Positions 1 through 11,208 of a stretch of 64,000 bases of DNA are shown piece by piece (within the stretch, counting starts at the first letter, position 1; every line of letters starts with the position of its first letter). The position numbers and the translations under genes were made by a program. The notes under the pieces are model-generated. The model was not told the DNA's origin. It worked only from the letters and a program-made list of their open reading frames with translations, and did not search any database. This DNA is from Leucoraja erinacea (taxonomy: Eukaryota), in the NCBI RefSeq assembly GCF_028641065.1, contig NC_073395.1, positions 6,944,001-7,008,000 of the forward strand, given 5' to 3'.

Positions 1-175
1 CTCTCTGATCCCGTTAGCCCTACGAACAAAAATTCTCACTTGAAAACATCCAGTGAATTGGCCTCCGCTGCCTTCTGTGGCAGAGAATTCCACAACTCTC
101 TGGGTGAAATTTTTTTTCTTCATCTCAGTCCTAAATGGTCTGCCCATTATTCTCAAACTGCGACCCCCAACTTTG
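1..175 (-). mobile_element. CR1-type LINE 3' fragment (truncated by the window edge)
   Basis: Reverse complement of the GTGGAATTCTCTGCCACAGAAGGCAGCGGAGGCCAATTCACTGGATG block shared with other CR1 copies. Confidence 0.75.
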
Positions 176-623
176 AATTACAGGAGTTACTATCATTTTT
201 TAGTAGCCTATTTCCTGTACCATTAAACACAAATGCCTGTGAGCAACCCTTTGTTCTGATTTGGTTCTTGAGTGCTTCCTGCTGTATAGAAGGGAAAGTT
301 GATTTTTGAAACAGTTTCTGCCCTTTGCAGTAGAGTTGGTGTTGTTTACCGTAAGGAAACATGACTGATTCATCAAAATACTCTCAAACGGACGACAAGT
401 CTAATCTAGTCTCAGCCCGTCAGCTCTCTACCTTTGTGTTAAGACCGACCTTTTATAGATTATTGTAAACTGACTTAATTTGTTTGTAATTCTACATGAT
501 TCCGAAATAACTCGTTCAAGTTGCTGTCTTAGGGATGGATGCTGTCATGGATACACAGCAAGGAATAGCTCCCAAGTGAGTGAGTGGGACATTTCAAACC
601 CCACGCAGGGCAGCGTGTTGTTT

Positions 624-921
624 GGCGTCACGGTGGCGCCAGAGACCCCCCCCCCACCCCCCCTGGTTCGATCCCGACTCCGGGTGCTGTCCATGTGGAG
701 TTTGCACACTTCTCCCGGTGACCGCGTGGATTTGTTCCGGTTTCCTCCCGCATCCCAAAGACGTGTGTGTTTGCAGGCTGACTGGCCGTCTGTAAATTGT
801 CGCTGGTGTGTACGGAGTGGACCATAAAGTGGGATAACACAGAACTATGGTGAATGGGTGATCAATGGTCGGCATGGACTCGGTGGGCCGAAGGGCCTGT
901 TTCCATGATGCGGCTCTGAAA
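624..921 (+). mobile_element. tRNA-derived SINE (HE1/V-SINE-like)
   Basis: B-box GGTTCGATCCC, V-domain GGAGTTTGCACACTTCTCCCGGTG...CCGGTTTCCTCCC, CR1-like tail GGGCCGAAGGGCCTGTTTCC. Confidence 0.85.
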
Positions 922-1006
922 CTGTGACTATTGTCACGGTAGAATTGTAGAATTATGTAGAATTACAAGCAATAGCTGGAATCCCACCCATTCCTCCGTG
1001 CGTAAA

Positions 1007-1330
1007 GGGCCTGTACCACTTGGCGATTTCTTTTTTTTTTTAGGCAACTGCCAGCGACTGTCATAGTCGTAGCAGGTCGCCAAAAAACCAGCGACAACCT
1101 ATGTCATCCTGGCGACAACCTCCGAGATCAGCTACGTCAGGAGAAGTCAAGCTACGCTCATTGGCGTCAAACCCACATCACAGAAAATTTTTGAACATGT
1201 TGAAAATTTAGTGGCGACCAGAAAGACGCTACGACTTTTTGCACGACTGAGGAGACGACTCCCGGAGAACATGTGACGACAAACTAGTCGCCTGTAGTTG
1301 CCTAAAAAATCGCCCAAGTGGGACAGGCCC
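1007..1330. mobile_element. Palindromic MITE, PIF/Harbinger-like
   Basis: TIR GGGCCTGTACCACTTGGCGATTT / AAATCGCCCAAGTGGGACAGGCCC, with TAA/TTA next to the ends and internal GGCGAC/GTCGCC subrepeats. Confidence 0.75.
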
Positions 1331-1735
1331 ATTACTTACAACTCCCCAATCTTTTGTTGTCTTTTTTACAGTTCCTAACAAGTGAAAACATCAAGCTTTC
1401 TTCCAGCCTTTCCGATCATCTTATCGTTCACCTACTCCTCGTGTTCAGCTGTGGAACAGGACAGGCACAGCTATGCTGTGTTGCTACCTAAATAATGTCG
1501 AGGCCAAAAGCAATGTGTTTACATCGTCCGATTATTGGTGTCAAGTTGTGAAAAACAAAAGTAGGCTTCAGTCTTGTATGTAAATATATTATTAAAGGTC
1601 CTGATGCTTCATAACAATTTAATAAACAATTGGATAAACTTATTATCAGTGGGTGGTATGATTTCAATCAATGAGTGAGAGGGGAGCATTGATGCAACAG
1701 AGCCGGCACATTCAAGAGTACAAACTCTGCATTTA

Positions 1736-2430
1736 AAAAAATATATATATTTATTTTATTAGAAGCAATTGTACAAAGAGAAAGTAATCGGCATAACCGT
1801 GCTTCAATTTTAACATTTTTAAAAACATAGAAACATAGAAATTAGGTGCAGGAGTAGGCCATTCGGCCCTTCGAGCCTGCACCGCCATTCAATATGATCA
1901 TGGCTGATCATCCAACTCAGTATCCCGTACCTGCCTTCTCTCCATACCCCCTGTTCCCCTTAGCCACAAGGGCCACATCTAACTCCCTCTTAAATATAGC
2001 CAATGAACTGGCCTCAACTACCCTCTGTGGCAGAGAGTTCCAGAGATTCACCACTCTCTGTGTGAAAAAAGTTCTTCTCATCTCGGTTTTAAAGGATTTC
2101 CCCCTTATCCTTAAGCTGTGACCCCTTGTCCTGGACTTCCCTAACATCGGGAACAATCTTCCTGCATCTAGCCTGTCCAACCCCTTAAGAATTTTGTAAG
2201 TTTCTATAAGATCCAAAACTAATAACTAAATCGGAAAAAAGGACAAGGGAGAAAGAGAAAGAAAGAAGAAATGAAAACGAGAAGAAAGAATTTCGCGAAA
2301 GACACGAAAAAGTAAAAAGAACAACCCCAGAACTAACGAAGAAGTGAAAGATGCGGAGATATATCCCACTGCCTTTCCATACGCCCGCTCACCCGACCCT
2401 AGCGTCGGTTTTGAGTTTGTGTTCGCAAAC
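1736..2430 (-). mobile_element. L1-like 3' UTR remnant hosting the CR1 at 1823-2214
   Basis: Minus-strand end GCTTCTAATAAAATAAAT resembles the L1 tails near 55165 and 62500; pyrimidine-rich 3' UTR-like body on the minus strand. Confidence 0.55.
1823..2214 (-). mobile_element. CR1/HER1-type LINE 3' fragment, (TTTCTATG)n-tailed family
   Basis: ORF DLIETYKILKGLDR...FFTQRVVNLWNSLP; 8-mer tail AAACATAGAAACATAG; nearly identical to 4071-4603 and 25896-26406. Confidence 0.93.
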
Positions 2431-2487
2431 TCCGCATTTTAAGGATTTTTATTTTCTCTGCAGCATCGCCGGCTGAAGGGAATGATC

Positions 2488-3215
2488 CCAAGGAACGAGT
2501 CGGTTAACCTATGATGAGCGTTTGTCAGATTCGGATTCAGATTCAGATTCAATTTTAATTGTCATTGTCAGTGTACAGTACAGAGACAACGAAATGCATT
2601 TAGCATCTCCCTGGAAGAGTGACATAGCAAACGGCACTGGGTCTGTACTCGCTGGAGTTTAGAAGAACGAGGGGGGGAGGGGGAGGGGGGGGACCTCATT
2701 GAAACATACATAATAGTGAAAGGCTTGGATAGAGTGGATGTGGAGAGGATGTTTCCACTAGTGGGAGAGTCTTGGACTAGAGGTCACAGCCTCTGAATTA
2801 AAGGACGTTCTTTTAGGAAGGAGAGGTGGCGACATTTCTTTGGTCAGAAGGTGGTGAATCTGTGGAATTCTTTGCCACTGACGGCTGTGGAGGCCAAGTC
2901 AGTGGATATTTTTAAGGCAGAGATGGATAGATTCTTGATTAGTACGGGTGTTAGGGGTTAGGGGGAGAAGGCAGGAGAATGGGGTTAGGAGGAAGAGGTA
3001 GATCAGCCCTGATTGAATGGCAGAGTAGACTTGATAAGACTTGGATGGGAAAGGTATGGAGGGTTATGGTCTGAACGCAGGTGTATGGGACTAGGGGAGA
3101 ATACGTGTTCGGCACGGACTATAAGGGTCGAGATGGCCTGTTTCCGTGCTGTAATTGTTATATGGTTATATGATACGGCGAATGGCCTAATTCTACTATC
3201 ACTTATGACCTTTTG
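2488..3215 (+). mobile_element. Degenerate CR1 3' fragment with two nested insertions (~2527-2631 antisense (TGAATC)n-tailed piece; ~3034-3173 (GGTTATAT)n-tailed CR1 end)
   Basis: LYSLEFRR / DLIET / FFGQKVVNLWNSLP-like sequence in broken frames; nested tails visible. Confidence 0.75.
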
Positions 3216-3420
3216 ACCAAGCCCCCCCCAACCCCCCCATCCTCCACACGCCAGAGAAAACAATCTAAGTTTGTCCAAAGGGACACAAAGCTTAATGGAA
3301 GATTAGCATGGCAGGGTTTTTTATTTAACACATAGGGTGGTGGGTGTCAGGAATGCACTGCCAGGAGTGGTGGTGGACTCACCTATGGTAGTGGAGCTGA
3401 AGAAGTATTTGGATATACAT

Positions 3421-3528
3421 GTTTAAGAAGGAACTGCAGATGCTGGAAAATCGAAGGTACACAAAAATGCTGGAGAAACTCAGCGGGTGCAGCTGCACCC
3501 GCTGAGTTTCTCCAGCATTTTTGTGTAC
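3421..3528. mobile_element. Penelope-derived short insertion containing a perfect 72-bp palindrome; 13-bp TSD
   Basis: TTTGGATATACAT at 3408-3420 and 3529-3541; palindrome 3457-3528. Confidence 0.85.
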
Positions 3529-3822
3529 TTTGGATATACATATGTATATGGAGTGATACAGATCATGTGCAGATTAGTTTAATGGCATCACGTTCAGCAC
3601 GGACATTGTGGGCCGAAGGGCCAGTCCCTGTGCTGTCCTGCTGCTTGATACCCAAAAATATAATGGCCCAGTTTCACTTTTCTCTGCTTGTACTGCTGAT
3701 GGACAAGGGTCTGCTGCCAAAACAGTTCATTCCCACATAGACCTTTCTGTCCTCAGTCTCCGCCATTGTCAGAGTGAGGCTAAACGCAAATTGGAGGAAC
3801 AGACGTAATTTAGCGCGATTAT

Positions 3823-4626
3823 AGAGGTACAGTGGTGCAGCGGTAGAGTTGCTGCTTTACAACACCAGAGAGCCGGGTTTGATCCGACTACAGAGGCTGT
3901 CTGCATGGAGTTTGTACAGTCCCCACTTGACATGCCAGGGGTTGTCTCCGGGTGCTCCGGTTTCTTGTACATTGTAACCTTGTACATTGTCCCTAGTGTG
4001 TAGGATAGTGTTAGTGTGCGTGGATCGCTGGTCAGCGCGGACTTTGTGGGCCGTAGACCCAGTCTCTATGTTTAAATCTGAGGAAGGACATTATTGCCAT
4101 AGAGGGAGTGCAGAGAAGGTTCACCAGACTGATTCCTGGGATGTCAGGACTGTCTTATGAAGAAAGACTGGATAGACTTGGTTTATACTCTCTAGAATTT
4201 AGGAGATTGAGAGGGGATCTTATAGAAACTTACAAAATTCTTAAGGGGTTGGACAGGCTAGATGCAGGAAGATTGCTCCCGATGTTGGGGAAGTCCAGGA
4301 CAAGGAGTCACAGCTTAAGGATAAGGGGGAAATCCTTTAAAACCGAGATGAGAAGAACTTTTTTCACACAGAGAGTGGTGAATCTCTGGAACTCTCTGCC
4401 GCAGAGGGTAGTTGAGGCCAGTTGATTGGCTATATTTAAGAGGGAGTTAGATGTGGCCCTTGTGGCTAAGGGGATCAGAGGGTATGGAGAGAAGGCAGGT
4501 ACGGGATACTGAGTTGGATGATCAGCCATGATGATATTGAATGGCGGTGCAGGCTCGAAGGGCCGAATGGCCTACTCCTGCACCTAATTTCTATGTTTCT
4601 ATGCTGTATCTCTAAACTAAACTAAA
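3823..4626 (+). mobile_element. HE1/V-SINE-like SINE interrupted by a CR1 insertion (4071-4603)
   Basis: Head CAGTGGTGCAGCGGTAGAGTTGCTG, body to 4070; tail CTGTATCTCTAAACTAAACTAAA resumes at 4604. Confidence 0.85.
4071..4603 (+). mobile_element. CR1/HER1-type LINE 3' fragment, (TTTCTATG)n family
   Basis: ORF 4108..4425 (QRRFTRLIPGMSGLSYEERL...WNSLP), 3' hairpin GGCCGAATGGCC, tail TTTCTATGTTTCTATG. Confidence 0.93.
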
Positions 4627-5537
4627 TTAAAATTTGAAGATGGTTACTTACCAAGATTAATTGTTACTCAAAGCATTGGACTAAATCTTGTACGTTGCAT
4701 CTCCTCACAAGAGGCAGCTAGGAAGCAAAAGATGTGAAGGCAAATAGTTTGGGTTATTTCAGCACAAGTAGGCCATCGTTCTACCAGAGGTATCTAAACT
4801 AGTTTATCATGGGTTCTATTTAATCTCTTGTGAGAATGTAATGCACATGTTCTGATCTCAAACTAATAATGTAAAGACATATTGAAGATGTGCACACACA
4901 TCATCTGCAGACTGCTGTGTATCACAGACAAGTCTCAACAGAAGAGGAAATGCTGTCTCGTGGAATTTTTATTCCTGCACTGTGATTATCCTTTTATAAT
5001 CTCCCTTTTTTTTTTTTTAAGTGAAGTGCTTCCCCACCCTAACAAGATTCATTATTGCGCCGTTCACTTCAGCAGAGTCGTTGATGTAAATTGGAATACC
5101 CAGACGTGGGGGAGAAAAGGGGAAATATTTACAGAATTTTTTTTTTTTTAATGAAACGAGCCTGTGATTTGTGGTGGTAATGATGTTGAAACTGTCAGCA
5201 TTTTCTCTCATTAATCTGTGAATCTGCCTTCAACATCTGGCATCACCAAGACACAGTGAAACGTGGAAACCCAGAAGCCTGCTCCACAGGGTGTTCTGTG
5301 GGAATCTTTGCAAAGGCAATTGGCGCAAAGTCACTCATTTGACATGAACTTGAATGTTCTACGCAGAGTTGGGGTCGTAAAAGCTATTGGAAACATTGCA
5401 CCGTGTTGAATTTGGTTTAACTGCGACGTTAATGGTATATTAGTCAAGAGTGTTTTATAGTCATATGTCCCAGATAGAACAATTACATTCTTACTTGCAG
5501 CAGCACAACAGAATATGTACATATAGTACACTGTAAA

Positions 5538-5904
5538 CAGTGCCCTCCCTCCATAATGGTTGGGACAAAGACCCATCATTTATTTATCTGCCTCTGTACT
5601 CCACAATTTGAGATTTGTAATAGAAATTGTATAAGAGAGCTCCCAGCACCTAGTCTTTTCTCCAGTCTTTCCATTACCTTTGGAAACTGTTATTGCTGTT
5701 TATCAAACAAATGGTTATGTATAAACACAGTTGAAATTTCTACATGGCGAAACCAAAATGTATAAAATTGGCCTTTAATAACATCTGACAATGTGCACTT
5801 TAACCACATGTGATTTTTTTTTCTATTACAAATCTCAAATTGTGGAGTACAGAGGCAAATAAATAAATGATGCGTCTTTGTCCCAAACATTATGGAGGAC
5901 ACTG
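5538..5904. mobile_element. Tc1/mariner-type MITE
   Basis: About 90-bp TIRs beginning CAGTG (5538-5627 vs ~5820-5904); right end CACTG|TA; no coding capacity. Confidence 0.85.
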
Positions 5905-6531
5905 TATGTCTGAAGAAGACTCGACCCGAAACATCACCTATTCCTTCTCCCCAGAGATGCTGTCTGTCCCGCTGAGTTACTCCAGCATTGTGTGTCTATC
6001 TTTGGTGTAAACCAGCATCTGCAGTTCTTTTCTACACTTTTTATATCTACACATATGGAGAATATACACACATATATTAAGATGCAACTACCACTGAATA
6101 GCTTCCCCAGCACTCTCTATCTAATTTGATATCTGGAGACTAATTGCAACATCATAATTAGCTGAAAGGGCCCTGTTCTTCAAAATATTATTATTCGGTT
6201 TGTCATTTGGTCTTTGCACTTCAATTTTGCGTGTGTGTCTATGAAGATTTAATAGAAACCAAAGGGTGGTGGGTGCATGGAATGTGCAGCTGGAGGAGTC
6301 AAAATTGTAAATTGTCCTTAGTGTGGAGTGACAGGAATTGCTGGCAAGCGAGAACTCGATGGTCCAAAGAGCCTGTTTCCGTGTTATATCTCCAAACTCT
6401 AAGGATGTTGCCAGGGGTTGAGGTACCTGAACAGCTGGGAGGCTAGGACTTTATATCTTGGAGTTCAGGAGGCTGAGGGCTGATCTTGTACAGTTGTACA
6501 AAATCATGAGGGGAGTAGCTGGGACGCGAGT

Positions 6532-6559
6532 CTGAAGAAGGGTCCTGACCCGAAACGTC
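6532..6559 (+). ncRNA. Minimal hammerhead-ribozyme-like core (Penelope type)
   Basis: CTGAAGA-A-GGGTC-CT-GACCC-GAAA-CGTC: conserved CUGANGA and GAAA boxes, helix II, ACGT self-complementary helix III, GUC cleavage triplet. Helix I is only ~2 bp (GT/AC). Confidence 0.6.
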
Positions 6560-8057
6560 ACCTATCCATGTTCTCCAGCGTTGATGCCTGATCCACTGGT
6601 TTACTCCAGCACTGTGTGTCCTTTGGTCATCATGAGGAAGTGGTCATCTGTGCCATGGCGTCTTGCAACTACTTTTCAAACACCAAGTTACAGGTTTTCA
6701 GTCAAATGTTCTGAGTGGGCAGAGCTTAGTTCCTTCCTAAGAGTGTCTACCCTAATTAGGCTTAATGTAATTATCGTGAAGCAGAATTGCAGCTATGTGT
6801 TTTCCAGCTGCTTGTACTGAGCCATAATTAAAACCTGGAAAGGAAGTTCTGTTATGATTGAATTACTGGGAAGCAAATCTTGCAAAGCGGCCTTTGGTAA
6901 TTTGCTATTCAGATGCAATCAGATCACAAACCATCTGTTTCATTAATTTGAGATTTTGTTTCTTCAGCCCATTTGCTATTCTTAAAATTGCATCAGATCA
7001 TGTCATAAGATCATAAGTGATAGGAGTAGGAATGGGAGGGGGCTTGGTCAAAAGGTCATAACTGATAGTAGCATTAGGCCATTTGGCCCATCGTCTACTC
7101 AGCCATTCAATATTGGCTGATCTATCTCCATTCTCCTGCCTTCCTCCCATAACCCCCAACACCTGCACAAATCAAGAATCTATCTGCCTCTGCCTTAAAT
7201 ATATCCACTGACTTGGCCTCCACAGCCTCTTGTGGCAATTAATTCCAGATTCACCGCCCTCTCGTCTCTTAATTGATGAACAATTTGTTTAGTGTATTTT
7301 GTGGCAAAAAGCTCTGTAATACCAATGAAAATTATCACACTTCCCCCCCCAAAAGAAATTCCAACTAGAAGGCATATTTAGAAAGATATATGTAATAAAT
7401 ATGACACAATGTGACAGAATTAATAATGTATCTTTAAGAAAATAAAATGGCCAGGAGCAAGTCACATTTGTTTAATTTGCATATATCAATAAATTATGCA
7501 TGAAACGAAATGGAATTTGTAATCTTAATCCAAAAGACGTCAGGGAAAATAAATTGTTTTAACAGTCGCTGCCTGTTTCATACACATGTGTCTCTTGTAA
7601 TTTGACAAATATCTTTTGCTCTTCTACCTTGTAAACTGAAAAGTACATTTTGTTTCTGATTAATATTGATGTAACTGAGATCAAATAATCAGAATGATCT
7701 ACAATGCTTCTTAACTGATTAAATTCTGGTTTGATCCCCTTTCAAGTAGGGATATCTACAAATACATTTGCTGATTTGCAATTATAATCTCTTTTATAAA
7801 GAAAATATTTTATCTTTGGATATTTTTTTTAGCCCAACAAAGGTGGAAACTGGCTACAAAATACTTGAATGTAAAGATGCTGGTAGAAATCAGAAATAAG
7901 ATCTGCTACTTCTTGCGTAGGGCTTGCACAGCCTAAAGTTGTAGGACCACTTGGCGGACCACGTGAAAGGTTGCAATCTTCCCCCCCAGAAATAAGATCA
8001 AAGTTCTGCAAATCTTTAGCAGTTCAGACAACATCGGTGGAGAACGCAAAATAACAT

Positions 8058-8575
8058 TTTAGTTTAGTTTTGAAATGCAATCTGGAAACAGGCCTTTCGG
8101 CCCACCGAGTCCGTCCCGACCAGCGATCCCCGCACATTAACATTATCCTGCACACATCAGGGACAATAATCGAGTTCGGTATTCCGACAGCGCATGTCAC
8201 AAGCAAAAAACACTCTCTACAGCCATGTCGCGGCAAAGCCGTGCTAAATCCAGCTCAATTTTGCCTTTCCCGCCGGGTTAACCTACAGCCCTGCCTGGAC
8301 ACCAGCCCGGCGCCCTGGAGTTAGCGCTGCTTCTCCATGCTGGCTTTAAGCCTGGGCCGTTGTTCCCGTAAGTCCAGGCATGACTGCAAATCTCAAGATT
8401 CCTGGCATTTTTCAGAATACCGAACTTGCTTCTTTACACATATACCAAGTCAATTAACCTACAAACCTGCACATCTTTGGAGTGTGGGAGGAAACCGAAG
8501 ATCTCGGAGAAAACCCACAGTCAATGGGACAATGTATAACCTCTGTACAAACAGCACCCATAGTCGGGATTGATC
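8058..8575 (-). mobile_element. HE1/V-SINE-like SINE (interrupted at 8171-8428), abutting a plus-strand partial SINE (8570-8730)
   Basis: TTTAGTTTAG tail complement, GGCCTTTCGGCCCACCGAGTCCG, V-domain complement GGAGTGTGGGAGGAAACCG. Confidence 0.8.
8171..8428. mobile_element. Unclassified small TIR element inserted in a SINE
   Basis: CGAGTTCGGTATTCCGA (8171-8187) vs TCAGAATACCGAACTTG (8412-8428), 15/17 match; SINE sequence resumes on both sides. Confidence 0.65.
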
Positions 8576-8948
8576 CTACTCTGGGTGCTCCAGTTCCCTC
8601 CCACATCCGAAGGACATGTGGGTTAAATGGCCTCTCTAAGATTGCCCCGAATGTGTAGGGAGCGGATGAGAATGTGGTCTAACATACAACTAGTGTGAAT
8701 GGGGTGAGCCTGTATCTCTAAACTAAACAAAATAGTCAGACAATATTGTTAAATAATTGGTTTTAAGAAGATGAGTTGAAAGATGAGAAATTGAGTCGAC
8801 TCCCGAAATACCTAATCCTAACATGGTTAACGAATAAATGAGACGTAAATACCGATACATAGAACTGTTAGTTTGCTATTCTTTTGCACAGGAGAGCATG
8901 ACTAGTATAAATGGCAGATCTTTTTTTTAAAACCAAAAATATTAACAG

Positions 8949-9238
8949 ACCATATAACCATATAACAATTACAGCATGGAAACAGGCCATCTCGGCCCTA
9001 CAAGTCCATGCCGAACAAATTTTTTTTTCCCCTTAGTCCCACCTGCCTGCACTCATACCATAACCCTCCATTCCCTTCTCATCCATATGCCTATCCAATT
9101 TATTTTTAAATGATACCAATGAACCTGCCTCCACCACTTCCACTGGGAGCTCATTCCACACCGCCACCACTCTCTGCGTAAAGAAGTTCCCCCTCATATT
9201 ACCCCTAAACTTCTGTCCCTTAATTCTGAAGTCATGTC
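8949..9238 (-). mobile_element. CR1 3' fragment, (GGTTATAT)n-tailed family
   Basis: RHDFRIKGQKFRGNMRGNFFTQRVVAVWNELP, near identical to 26625-27523; tail ACCATATAACCATATAAC. Confidence 0.92.
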
Positions 9239-9596
9239 TGAAGTCAGACAAAGGCAAGTATTTGGAATTGGTTTGCAGAGCAACTAAAATGTGACTGGGA
9301 AAATAGAACAGGGTTGAGGGCATGTACAGCCAACCGTTGCTACAGTTTTCAGAACAGAAAGGGCAACAGAAACATATTTAAACCTTTGAGAGTCAAACAA
9401 TTACAGATGTTACTGATAAAAAAAGTTATACACGAGCCACCCTTAAAAGACACCATTGAAATATCTGTGGAAAAAACATTTTATTCATGCAAATGCTCGC
9501 TGGTTTACATTTTTAAACTTACATGTTTAAACTTATTTTTACCTGCACCAAGACAGTGCACTTTAAAATAAGGTTACAGTTTTCATGGAAAGCATA

Positions 9597-11208
9597 CAGT
9601 GGCTTGCAAAAGTTTTCATACTCCTTGAACTTTTCCACATTTTGTCACGTTACAACCACAAACTTAAATGTATTTTATTGGGATTTTATGTGATAGACCA
9701 ACACAAAGTGGTGCATAATTGTGAAGTGGAAGGAAAATGATACATGGTTTTCAAATTTTTTTACAAATAAAAAACTGAAAAGTGTGGCGTGCAAAAGTAT
9801 TCAGCCCCCGAGTCAATACTTTGTAGAACCACCTTTCGCTGCAATTACAGCTGCAAGTCTTTTGGGGTATGTCTCTACCAGCTTGCACATCTAGAGACTG
9901 AAATTTTTGCCCATCCTTCTTTGCAAAATAGCTCAAGCTCAGTCAGATTGGATGGAGAGCGTCTGTGAACAGCAATTTTCAAGTCTTGCCAGAGATTCTC
10001 AATTGGATTTAGGTCTGGACTTTGACTGGGCCATTCTAACACATAAATATGCTTTGATCTAAACAATTCCATTGTAGCTCTGGCTGTATGTTTAGGGTCG
10101 TTGTCCTGCTGGAAGGTGAACCTCCGCCCCAGTCTCAAGTCTTTTGCAGATTCTAACAGGTCCTCTTCCAACATTGCCCTGTATTTGGCTCCATCCATCT
10201 TCCCATCAACTCTGACCAGCTTCCCTGTCCCTGCTGAAGAAAAGCATCCCCACAGCATGATGCTGCCATCACCATGTGTCACAGTGGGGATGGTGTGTTC
10301 AGGGTGATGTGCAGTGTTAGTTTTCCGCCACACATAGCGTTTTGCATTTAGGCCAAAAACTTCAATTTTGTTCTCATCTGACCAGAGCACCTTCCTCCAC
10401 ATGTTTGCTGTGTCCCCCACATGGCTTGTGGCAAACTGCAAACGGGACTTCTTATGGCTTTTTGTCAACAATGGCTTTCTTCTTGCCACTCTTCCACAAA
10501 GGCCCGATTTGTGGAGTGCACGACTGATAGTTGTCCTGTGGACAGATTCTCCCACCTGAGCTGTGGATCTATGCAGCTCCTCCAGAGTTACCATGGGCCT
10601 CTTGGCTGCTTCTCTGATCAATGCTCTCCTTGCCCAGCCTGTCAGTTTAGGTGGATGGCCATGTCTTGGTAGGTTTGCAGTTGTGCCATACTCTTTCCAT
10701 TTTCGGATGATGGATTGAACAGTGCTCCGTGAGATGTTCAAAGCTTGGGATATTTTTTTTATAACCTACCCCTGCTTTAAACTTCTCCACAACTTTATCC
10801 CTGACCTGTCTGGTGTGTTCCTTGGGCTACGTGATGCTGTTTATTCACTAATGTTCTCTAACAAACCTCTGAGGCCTTCACAGAACAGCTGTATTTATAC
10901 TGAGATTAGATTACACACAAGTGGACTCTATTTACTAATTAGGTGACTTCTGAAGGCAATTGGTTGCACTGGATTTTATTTAGGTGTATCAGAGTAAAGG
11001 GGGCTGAATACTTTTGCACGCCACACTTTTCAGTTTTTTATTTGTAAAAAAATTTGAAAACCATGTATCATTTTCCTTCCACTTCACAATTATGCGCCAC
11101 TTTGTGTTGGTCTATCACATAAAATCCCAATAAAATACATTTACGTTTGTGTTGTAACGACAGCATGTGGAAAAGTTCAAGGTGTATGAATACTTTTGCA
11201 AGCCACTG
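9597..11208 (-). mobile_element. Full-length Tc1-family (DD34E, IR/DR type) DNA transposon, ~1.61 kb
   Basis: TA|CAGTGGCTTGCAAAAG ... CTTTTGCAAGCCACTG|TA. About 210-bp TIRs (9597-9809, 10999-11208), each with outer and inner GCAAAAGT(A/T)TTCA direct repeats; TA target duplication. Confidence 0.97.
9813..10832 (-). pseudogene. Disabled Tc1 transposase
   Basis: ORF 9875..10741 has WSDE, FQQDNDPKH and SPDLNPIENLW (34 residues between the second D and E). Upstream frame KEHTRQVRDKVVEKFKAG starts ACG-TAG (10832-10827), with a frameshift in an A8 run near 10755. The C-terminal LVETYPKRLAAVIAAKGGSTKY* is shifted by 1 nt near 9883. Confidence 0.92.

Noticed and set aside
1-9000. Exons of KIAA0930 (mammalian downstream neighbour of NUP50), and of PHF21B at the right end of the window
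   Set aside because: No peptide in any frame that I can recognise as either protein; synteny alone is not evidence.
9875-10741. Intact or domesticated transposase gene
   Set aside because: The ORF starts at a non-ATG codon mid-HTH; the true start is mutated and both ends are frameshifted.
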